From: Candidatus Poribacteria bacterium
GTDB lineage: Bacteria > Poribacteria > WGA-4E > WGA-3G
Length of the DNA: 32,066 nt
NCBI GenBank assembly: GCA_965214095.1
Contig: CBDCAZ010000001.1
Coordinates: 1 to 32,066, forward strand
Direction of reading: 5' to 3'
The translations under genes were made by a program, and so were the position numbers. Position 1 is the stretch's first letter. The number at the start of each line of letters is the position of its first letter. Positions 1 to 6,687 of this stretch are shown here, in pieces. Under the pieces are notes generated by a model. It saw only the letters and a list, made by a program, of their open reading frames with translations. It was not told where the DNA came from and did not search any database.

Positions 1-120
1 ACCGAAAGCTGCATGTGAGAGATTTGCGATTGCCAAAAATGCGCAATTTTCGGTTGCCATTGACAGCGGGCTAGCGGCAACAATAAACGCCCCGAGGCCA
101 ACCCCGGGGCGTCGCTGAAC

Positions 121-159
121 AGAAATAGAAAAAGCCCCGGAACCCGAAGGCTCCGGGGC
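121..159 (-). terminator. Rho-independent terminator downstream of ssb
   Basis: Minus strand reads GCCCCGGAGCC-TTCG-GGTTCCGGGGC (11-bp stem with one G-U pair, cUUCGg loop) followed by TTTTTCTATTTCT, 14 nt after the ssb stop. Confidence 0.9.
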
Positions 160-173
160 GGGCGGACAATCGC

Positions 174-581
174 TCAGGCGGCGAGGTCCATGTCGTATGC
201 TTCCGCGGGCGGCGCCGGCGGCCGGTCCTGCTCCGGCCTGGGGTCGAGGAAGTTGATGGAACCGCGCGGGCCGACCACGATCTCGGTCGTGTAGCGGTCA
301 TTGCCGGCACGGTCCTGCCATTTGCGTGTGCGCAGCTTGCCGGTGATGTGGACCTGGCGGCCCTTCGCGGCGTGCTTGCGCAGCATGGCGACCAGGCCGT
401 CCTGGAAGACGACAATCCGGTGCCACTCCGTGGACTTCTTGTATTCGCCGCTCTGGCGGTCCTTGTAGACCTCGCTGGTGGCGATGGAGAAATTGGCGAC
501 GTCACCGCCGCTCTGCATGGTGCGGAACTCGGGGTCCCCGCCCAGATTGCCGATCAGGTCGACGCGATTGAGGCCGTTCAT
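174..581 (-). CDS. ssb: Single-stranded DNA-binding protein (mobile-element type)
   Basis: MNGLNRVDLIGNLGGDPE...FSIATSE...TEWHRIVVF...GKLRTRKWQD...RYTTEIVV is a canonical SSB OB-fold. Start moved to the ATG at 581, which has a GCAGGGAG RBS upstream. Short tail ends YDMDLAA rather than DDIPF. Confidence 0.96.
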   Translation of the reverse strand: MNGLNRVDLIGNLGGDPEFRTMQSGGDVANFSIATSEVYKDRQSGEYKKSTEWHRIVVFQDGLVAMLRKHAAKGRQVHITGKLRTRKWQDRAGNDRYTTEIVVGPRGSINFLDPRPEQDRPPAPPAEAYDMDLAA

Positions 582-625
582 GGTACTTGCTCCCTGCAAG
601 AGGTTGGTTGCGAGTTGCTCGAACT

Positions 626-669
626 CACCCCGAACAACCCCTTCCCAGCCTTCGCGGCGTGGATGCCGC
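626..669 (-). promoter_or_regulatory. Conserved upstream motif, copy A (before ssb)
   Basis: Plus strand CACCCCGAACAACCCCTTCCCAGCCTTC followed by a GCGGC-N6-GCCGC hairpin; matches the copies at 1076 and 2461. Confidence 0.7.
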
Positions 670-712
670 AAAGGCCGGAGAAGGGGAAGACAGACGGGGA
701 TGCAGGGAGGAC

Positions 713-1015
713 CTATCGCTGCCGCAACATATGACCCCAGACGGCATAGACGCCCCAGTACTGGACGCCGGAGTCCGGCTTCTTCTCGCAGCGGCAGATG
801 AGGATCTCGTTGCGCGCCGGGCGCAGGTCCCGCACCGTGGCCCGCGACAGGGTCAGCGGATGGCCCTTTCGGCCCGGCAGGCGGCGGATGTCGCCGTCGA
901 TGGTGGTGCGGTAGCGCTCGACCACATAGGTCTTGTCCTCGAGGCCGCGCCCGAAGAGGTGGGTGAGGAAGGTATTCGCATCGGGGCGAAGGAAGGAAGC
1001 CGTCATGCCGGTCAT
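713..1015 (-). CDS. Hypothetical protein (100 aa)
   Basis: Part of ORF 713..1198. The ATG at 1015 has a GGAGAT RBS and the same 5' leader as the gene starting at 2396. No family recognised. Confidence 0.7.
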   Translation of the reverse strand: MTGMTASFLRPDANTFLTHLFGRGLEDKTYVVERYRTTIDGDIRRLPGRKGHPLTLSRATVRDLRPARNEILICRCEKKPDSGVQYWGVYAVWGHMLRQR

Positions 1016-1120
1016 GGGGGATATCTCCGCTTGGGGAAGGACGCGGGCGCCGGTCGGACGGCAGACCCGTATCGATACCCCGACAAACCCCTTCCCGACC
1101 TTCAGCAGCGTTGCGGCTGC
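1013..1120 (-). repeat. Conserved upstream leader/motif, copy B
   Basis: CATGGGGGATATCTCC...GCGGG.GCCGGTCGGACGG...ACCCCGACAAACCCCTTCCCGACCTTC aligns with 2394..2487; GCAGC-N6-GCTGC hairpin at 1105-1120. Confidence 0.8.
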
Positions 1121-1151
1121 CGGGGACCGGGAAGGGGGGCGACGGGCCGCG

Positions 1152-2396
1152 CTACCGGCCTGCGGCCATGGGCGCGGCGTCGGTGATGATCTCGACATCG
1201 TCGATCGTGAGCTTGGCGTAGGCCAGCGCGCCCGCGACCTCCATGGGCGTCTCCCAGGTGCCGTGGTCGGTGCCGGTGGCGATCTCGATCACGGTGTAGC
1301 GGGTGGGCAGGTCCGGCATGCCGCGATACTCGTAGCCGCGCTGGCGGTCGAGGCAGGGGCGGCACTCCCGCATGAGGGGTTCCGGGGGCCGCTGGCCGCA
1401 GCGGGGACAGAGGCCGGCCGACTGGCGCTCGCATGTTACGCGGTGGTAACGGCGTCGGGCGCTTGCGAGGCGCGCCTCACGGCACGGGGCGCAGGATCCG
1501 GACTCACCGACCGGGGCGCGCTTTCCGCAATAGACACACATGCCCCGGGCGCGGGCGTCGGCGACCCTGCGGTGCCACCTCGCGCGCTCGCCGGCGCGGT
1601 GGCTGTCCCGGCAGGGCTCGCACGCGGTGAACCCGGCTTCCGGGGGCTCTTTTCCACACCGGATGCAAAGGTCTTGCGTGACGCGGGCGAGGACCCTGCG
1701 GTTGTACCGGTCCAGCCAGACGGCAAGGCAGGCCTCGCAGGCGGTTCGACCGCGAACGGCCGATGCCTGTCCGCAGACCAGGCACAAACCGACGGCGCGG
1801 CGGGCTTCCCGGCGGCGTCTGGCGGCCTCCCTGTCCCGTTTGGCGGTGAGCGGCTGGCAGTCGGCACAGCGGCGGCGTCCCGGGGCGGGGGGCGCCTTGC
1901 CGCATTCGATACAGAGCGACCGGTCGGCCTGCCGGCGCTGGCGCTCGGTGCGGTCGCGATGGGCCTGGCGCCGGGCCTCGAGGCAGTCCTCGCAACTGGT
2001 CTTGCCGTCTGCGGGCCTGTTCTCCCCGCAGCGCAGGCACAGGCCGGCCTTGTGCCGTTCATCACGCAGGCGCTGCTTGCGGGCACGGTTTGCCGCGCGT
2101 TCGTTCTCCCGGCAGGCGTCGCAGCGGCGGGGGCCGGGTTTCGGGATGGCGGTTTGGCAGTCGCGGCAAAGGCCGAGATTGTACAGAAGGAGGCGGCGCT
2201 TGCGTTCCGACTTGCGGGAACTGGCGCGGCGGCGCTCTATGCAGCCGGCGCAGTATTTCGCGCGCTCCGCGGGAACCTTGCCACAATGGCAAAGGCCCTG
2301 CGCGGGAGGCGCGGCGTCGGTGGAAGTGCCGGCGCGGCAGCAATGACAGCCCGCTTCGGCAGGCGGATGCGGATGACAGGGGGCGGAAGCCGGCAT
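1152..2396 (-). CDS. Tandem Cys4 zinc-finger repeat protein (8 repeats, Arg-rich linkers)
   Basis: Eight ~42-aa units of the form (G)LCxxC-x~11-CxxC plus an Arg-rich helix, then a ~55-aa non-repetitive C-terminal domain. GGAGAT RBS upstream. Confidence 0.85.
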   Translation of the reverse strand: MPASAPCHPHPPAEAGCHCCRAGTSTDAAPPAQGLCHCGKVPAERAKYCAGCIERRRASSRKSERKRRLLLYNLGLCRDCQTAIPKPGPRRCDACRENERAANRARKQRLRDERHKAGLCLRCGENRPADGKTSCEDCLEARRQAHRDRTERQRRQADRSLCIECGKAPPAPGRRRCADCQPLTAKRDREAARRRREARRAVGLCLVCGQASAVRGRTACEACLAVWLDRYNRRVLARVTQDLCIRCGKEPPEAGFTACEPCRDSHRAGERARWHRRVADARARGMCVYCGKRAPVGESGSCAPCREARLASARRRYHRVTCERQSAGLCPRCGQRPPEPLMRECRPCLDRQRGYEYRGMPDLPTRYTVIEIATGTDHGTWETPMEVAGALAYAKLTIDDVEIITDAAPMAAGR

Positions 2397-2507
2397 GGGG
2401 GATATCTCCTGCTGGACGAACGGGCGCGGGAGCCGGTCGGACGGGCGTCCCCGCGGAAATCACCCCGACAACCCCTTCCAAACCTTCGGACGGGCCGCGG
2501 CGGCGGC
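2394..2507 (-). repeat. Conserved upstream leader/motif, copy C
   Basis: Aligns with 1013..1103; core CACCCCGACAACCCCTTCCAAACCTTC at 2461-2487; GCCGC/GCGGC stem at 2494-2507. Confidence 0.8.
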
Positions 2508-2714
2508 ATCCGGCCAGTCGGGCGCGCAGGCGAGCGCCGCGACAACCCGGATCGGGGAAAATGGAGAGGCGGAAACCGGGCCGCCGGTTTTTCGGCTGTG
2601 CCCGGACGCCTTCCATGGTGTTACCGGGGTGGGACTTCAGCAGCCGGGCGCCGTTTTCGACCGCCGCCGGCAGGATGGCGGCCGGCGTCACGCCCTGGTG
2701 GTGGCGCCGGGCCA

Positions 2715-2846
2715 AGCCTGGCGATCACCGCGGCCGAGGCCGGGAGGCGCGTCTATTACGCCACGCTCGCGGGGCTGATCGACTCCCTCACCGAGGCGAA
2801 GACCGCCGGCAACCTGTCCCACCGCCTGCGCGTGCTCACCCACCCC
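2715..2846 (+). pseudogene. istB: IS21-family IstB ATPase internal fragment
   Basis: SLAITAAEAGRRVYYATLAGLIDSLTEAKTAGNLSHRLRVLTHP resembles the IstB segment between Walker A and Walker B; both Walker motifs are missing. Confidence 0.8.
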
Positions 2847-2880
2847 GGCATCGAGCCTGGGGGGACGACCCCACGCCCCA

Positions 2881-2932
2881 GGTGGGAACTTTTGGATCAC
2901 ATGAAATGAGAACTTTTCGGTCCCAATTGACA
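2881..2932. mobile_element. IS21-family terminal repeat (right end)
   Basis: Two copies of TG(G/A)GAACTTTT 24 bp apart (2883, 2907), ending in ...TTGACA. Multiple subterminal repeats and a terminal CA are typical of IS21 ends, and the istB fragment is adjacent. Confidence 0.7.
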
Positions 2933-2949
2933 CCGTCGCCGACAGGACG

Positions 2950-3040
2950 GCGGCCGGGGGTGCCGCGCCTTGTGTCACCGCTTAAATTGCAGGGGGTGCG
3001 CTTTGATTTCGCGGATTGGAGACCTTAACGGTGCTCCCGG
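2950..3040. repeat. ~90-bp direct repeat, copy 1 (oriT candidate)
   Basis: Aligns with 5648..5737; exact 33-bp shared core TTGCAGGGGGTGCGCTTTGATTTCGCGGATTGG (2987-3019). Confidence 0.9.
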
Positions 3041-3044
3041 ATAG

Positions 3045-3253
3045 GCGGACGCGGCGTTTCGCGCCTACTTCGGGCTGGAGCCACCGGCGCAGCAGCAGGA
3101 CCTTGCGGCGCTCACGCCCGGGGGTTTCGCCGTGGTGCGCCGCGAGGCCGAAATCCTGGACCTGCTCGACGAGCCGGAGGAGCTTGCCCGGATGCTCCAC
3201 GAGGAATGCGAGGCAAGCCGGGGCACCCGCAGGTCGTGGGCTTGCGGGCATGA
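3045..3253 (+). pseudogene. C-terminal fragment of an AAA+ ATPase
   Basis: AAFRAYFGLEPP...LTPGGFAVVRREAEIL...LHEECEA, then after a frameshift KPGHPQVVGLRA-stop; resembles the LTPGDFAVV...ECEAK...IGF tail of proteobacterial AAA ATPases. In-frame TAG at 3042 and no N-terminus. Confidence 0.55.
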
Positions 3254-3326
3254 GGTTTGCCGGGCCGGGCGCGCCGGCTATGGTGCTTCCGGCAAAGGCC
3301 GTCGGCAGAGAGGGGGAAGAGTCCGG

Positions 3327-3431
3327 ATGCGCTACGAACGCGCACAGCAGCTTGTCGCTCTGGCAATCCGTCTCCAGGGCTCGCCTTCCGGCCTTACGCC
3401 TGACGATATCCGGTCGGAGCTTTCCGTCTCC
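3327..3431 (+). pseudogene. N-terminal winged-HTH fragment of a WYL-domain (DriD/PafBC-like) regulator
   Basis: MRYERAQQLVALAIRLQGSPSGLTPDDIRSELSVS after a purine-rich RBS; similarity stops where the RTxxR recognition helix should follow. Confidence 0.65.
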
Positions 3432-3704
3432 CCGATCCTTCGGCGCCATTCAAGGTCGGGCGGCACGATGACGTTTCTCTCCTGTTTGCGGCGAGTCGAC
3501 GGCGCGGTGCCTAGCCGAACGGTTCGCGCGCCAGGCATCAGGCCTCTCATCCGAACGATATCAGATCAACAGTATTGTCATGGTCAGGGCGCCAAACGAG
3601 AATGTGGCCAGCCTATCTCGTAGTGTGAACTTGCCACCCACCGTCCCGACAGACCAACGCGGCTGTCGGAACACCGGACGACCGACCAAGGAGACGATGG
3701 CACG

Positions 3705-5402
3705 ATGGAATACATCCCGATACGGGTCAGCGACATTGTGAAACACGTGAACCATGACTGGTATCTTCCGGCAATTCAGCGTGAACTCGAATGGAATACG
3801 GTCAGAATAGAACGTCTCTTCGATTCCATCTTGTCCGATTTCCCCATAGGTTCATTCCTATTTTGGAACTTGGAGGAGAAGAACAAGAGCGAATGGCCTA
3901 TTTATGAATTCATTCGCGACTACGATGAAGACAAGCCTCACAACGTCTTGGCTAACATCCATGGGATTCGGAAGGATCTTACGCTGGTTCTCGATGGGCA
4001 ACAAAGAATTACATCTCTGTATATCGGCCTGATGGGATCTTATCGCTTTTTCTATTATCGTTGGCGTATGACGCGATTATACCTCAATTTGCTCAAGCCA
4101 CCAGTCCCGAATGAAGAAAATCCGGAGGAACTTGCCCACGAGTTCTCGTTTCGCGAGAATGGCCACGCGACCAACGACCTAGAAAAGTTGTGGTATCCAG
4201 TTGGTCGAATACTCGACTTTAACGACGCTGAAGATGCCAAGGCAGATATGAAGCAAACACTGTCCAGATTTCCTGAAGACGCACAGGAAAACGCCAATAA
4301 GCTTATCGGACGACTGCACAATCGTATCCACACCACGTTGATCGGAAACTATTATCTCGAAAAATCCCAAGACTATGACAAGGTTCTACAGATCTTCGTT
4401 CGCTCCAATTCTGCCGGGCAGCCATTGGCGTATTCCGACTTGCTGCTTGCAACGGCAACGGCGAAGTGGGACACCCTTGACGCTCGTAGCGAGATTCACA
4501 ATTTTACCGATTTGCTCAACGAAACCGGTACCGGCTACAAGTTCGGCAAAGATTTTGTGCTAAAGGCCTGCCTCTATCTCTGCGAATCTCTGCCAATACA
4601 GTACAAGGTCAAGAATTTTTCGAAGTCCAACCTCCTGACCATCGAATCCAACTGGGAGTCCATCAAGGATACGCTTGCTGTGACGGTGCGCTTGATTTCC
4701 CGTTTCGGCTTCCAAGCGAAAAACGTCGTGGCACCACTGGCCCTGCTCCCGATTGCCTTTTACCTGCAGAAGCGGGGCGATCCGAACTTCGACAAGTCAT
4801 CGAGCGTCGAAGACGCGGAAGCTCAGATCGCCATTCGAAAATGGTTTGTGTTTGCGACCCTCAAGAATGCATTTGGCGGCTCCTCAGATACGACGTTGAC
4901 ACGTCTTCGCCAGATACTGACGAAAGCTGGTTCGGCATTCCCTGCGGAAGAAATGTACAGATCTCTTCAGATCGAGCCGTCGTTGAGCGACGCGGAAGTG
5001 GATCGGATGTTGGAATATCAATACCAGGGCCGTTACACTAATTTGATTCTGTCGTTGTTGTATCCCGATAGAGACTGGAAAGATGCGGTGTTTCATGAGG
5101 ACCATATATTCCCGCAATCTGAATTCAAGGTAACGTTGTTGAGGGGACGATGTTATGATGATACCAAAATCCAGTCGTATATGTCGCGGTTCAACACGCT
5201 GCCGAACCTTCAGCTTCTGACCGATTCCGAGAATATGTCGAAGGGTGCTACACCTTTCGACAAATGGCTAAAGACCAGGGACGCGAAGTACCGATGTCGC
5301 CATCTAGTCCCGGGTTTGACAGATTATTCTTTCGACAACTTCGAAGAGTTTTTTAACGCCAGACGGCAATTGATAGTGGCGGCACTCAAGGCACTTTCCT
5401 GA
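3705..5402 (+). CDS. DUF262 + C-terminal HNH (DUF1524-like) protein, GmrSD-family putative modification-dependent restriction nuclease
   Basis: LPAIQRE, LFDS..PIGS..W, VLDGQQRITSL and IFVRSNSAG (DUF262/ParB-like NTPase); HEDHIFP...NTLPNLQLL...EN (HNH). Visibly lower GC than the flanks. Confidence 0.88.
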   Translation: MEYIPIRVSDIVKHVNHDWYLPAIQRELEWNTVRIERLFDSILSDFPIGSFLFWNLEEKNKSEWPIYEFIRDYDEDKPHNVLANIHGIRKDLTLVLDGQQRITSLYIGLMGSYRFFYYRWRMTRLYLNLLKPPVPNEENPEELAHEFSFRENGHATNDLEKLWYPVGRILDFNDAEDAKADMKQTLSRFPEDAQENANKLIGRLHNRIHTTLIGNYYLEKSQDYDKVLQIFVRSNSAGQPLAYSDLLLATATAKWDTLDARSEIHNFTDLLNETGTGYKFGKDFVLKACLYLCESLPIQYKVKNFSKSNLLTIESNWESIKDTLAVTVRLISRFGFQAKNVVAPLALLPIAFYLQKRGDPNFDKSSSVEDAEAQIAIRKWFVFATLKNAFGGSSDTTLTRLRQILTKAGSAFPAEEMYRSLQIEPSLSDAEVDRMLEYQYQGRYTNLILSLLYPDRDWKDAVFHEDHIFPQSEFKVTLLRGRCYDDTKIQSYMSRFNTLPNLQLLTDSENMSKGATPFDKWLKTRDAKYRCRHLVPGLTDYSFDNFEEFFNARRQLIVAALKALS

Positions 5403-5647
5403 CACCTCGGTGGCGGCGCGTTCGTCGAGCTAGGTGGATTCGTTAGGCCGCCGCCCCACTCTGGGCTAGCGGTCTTCTCTCGGCAGTGGGAAGCGGGCGG
5501 CAATCATCCGGAAGAAATAGCACGATGCGCGCCCGGTCGGCCCCCTGTAGTAGCCCAAGGTCAATGTGTTGCCGCGTCGATTAGCGCCGAGCCGCACGGG
5601 CAGGACTCGTTGCGGCCCACCTCGTGTCCAAAAGCCGGGAGACCTTC

Positions 5648-5737
5648 GCGGCCGTGGGTGCCGTGCCTCGTGTCGCCGCTTCGTTTGCAGGGGGTGCGCT
5701 TTGATTTCGCGGATTGGGGATCCTATGGTGCTCCCGG
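5648..5737. repeat. ~90-bp direct repeat, copy 2 (oriT candidate, upstream of MobC-like gene)
   Basis: Exact 33-bp core at 5685-5717; lies ~85 bp before the RHH relaxosome-type gene. Confidence 0.9.
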
Positions 5738-5822
5738 GGATTGGCCGGGGAGGCCGTGGCTGACAACGGGACTATCCCCGGGGGGCGCGACGTGACCATG
5801 GATACGCCATGGATGATGCCCC

Positions 5823-6197
5823 ATGGCGGCACCGGGAAACGCGCGTTCTGTCACCGTGTTCCCCGGGAGGAGGAACGGTTTGGCCGGGGATGATGGCAGG
5901 AAGAGGCCGCGCTCGGTGATGGCGACCGACAGCGAGTGGCGCCTCGTGCGCGACCGGGCGGCAAAGGCGGGGCTGTCGGCTTCGGAGTTCCTGCTGTCGC
6001 GCGGGCTTGCGCCTGCGGAGCCGGCGGTCGGGGGTGGCGGGCTGCCGCCCGCGGCGCAGCGGCGCCTTGCGGTCGATCTGCGCCTTCTGGCGCTGGCGGA
6101 GCGCCTGCGGCTGGCGCAGGAGGGCCGGGAGGGCGTCTGGCGCCGTCTGGTGGAGGAAGCGGAAGCCTCGGTGGCCGATGACGAGAGGGAGGGCTGA
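5823..6197 (+). CDS. Ribbon-helix-helix relaxosome accessory protein (MobC/NikA-like)
   Basis: RPRSVMATDSEWRLVRDRAAKAGLSASEFLLSRGL is an RHH mobilisation-protein pattern, and the gene lies near a relaxase. Start codon uncertain. Confidence 0.72.
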   Translation: MAAPGNARSVTVFPGRRNGLAGDDGRKRPRSVMATDSEWRLVRDRAAKAGLSASEFLLSRGLAPAEPAVGGGGLPPAAQRRLAVDLRLLALAERLRLAQEGREGVWRRLVEEAEASVADDEREG

Positions 6198-6203
6198 GCG
6201 GCC
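6124..6203. repeat. 80-bp direct repeat, copy 1 (3' end of MobC-like gene)
   Basis: 78 of 80 positions identical to 7919..7998; includes the TGA stop. Confidence 0.95.
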
Positions 6204-6207
6204 CGGC

Positions 6208-6372
6208 CACAAGGTCGTCCTGCACGAGATGATCGTGGCGGAGACGCAGTGCTGCGAGCAGGTGGCGCGACTGGATCAGGCAATCGAAGGCGCTCTCCTC
6301 GACTGGCCACTCGCGCCGGTGATGGAGCCCCTTCAAGCGCTGCGCGGAGTCAGACTCATCGCTGCGGTTACC
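6208..6372 (+). pseudogene. IS110-family transposase internal fragment
   Basis: HKVVLHEMIVAE...VARLDQAIEGALLDWPLAPVMEPLQALRGVRLIAAVT resembles the coiled-coil/HhH linker region of IS110 transposases. Confidence 0.7.
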
Positions 6373-6389
6373 GGTGACGCCGTGAGACC

Positions 6390-6587
6390 AGCATTGAGGA
6401 TGCGTTCGATCTCCGTCCGCCCTTCGCGTCCCATGCGCTGCCGCTCGGCGAGACCTTGCCGCTCGTCAGCAAAGTGCTCGGGCACGGCGATATCGAGACG
6501 ATGGCACGCTACGCCAATCTGGCGCTGGGCTCGATCCATGCAATGGTCGGGCGCGTTACCGAGGGCATTGCGGTAGATATACTGTAG
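6390..6587 (+). pseudogene. Tyrosine recombinase/integrase C-terminal fragment, degenerate
   Basis: Not in the ORF track. FDLRPPFASHAL..GETLPLVSKVLGHGDIETMARYANL...DIL-stop is a decayed HDLRH(S/T)FAS...LGH...T.RY box II. Confidence 0.85.
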
Positions 6588-6687
6588 GCGACACCACATC
6601 GCTCGGAGAGCCAAGTATTGCCAGGCTCCACAATCCCTCACAAACGGATAGTGCAGAAACAACCACTCACAACGACCGGAGACCTTA

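Noticed and set aside
87-112. GC hairpin ACGCCCCG...CGGGGCGT as an RNA gene
   Set aside because: Too short and without tRNA or ncRNA hallmarks; at most an auxiliary terminator-like stem.
582-671. N-terminal extension of SSB given in the ORF track (likewise 1016..1198)
   Set aside because: These extensions simply translate the conserved leader motif; better RBS-ATG pairs lie at 581 and 1015.
626-2487. The three upstream motifs as a CRISPR array or integron attC sites
   Set aside because: They are separated by whole genes, lie 5' of start codons, and lack RYYYAAC/GTTRRRY attC boxes.
933-2909. 658-aa plus-strand ORF
   Set aside because: Antisense to the Zn-finger gene; only its last part is meaningful, and that is the istB fragment.
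3132-3623. 163-aa ORF as a real gene
   Set aside because: Chance in-frame read-through of AAA and WYL fragments and intergenic DNA.
6007-6576. 189-aa ORF as an intact transposase
   Set aside because: Only ~55 aa resemble IS110; the catalytic N- and C-terminal domains are absent, and no bridge-RNA region can be supported.
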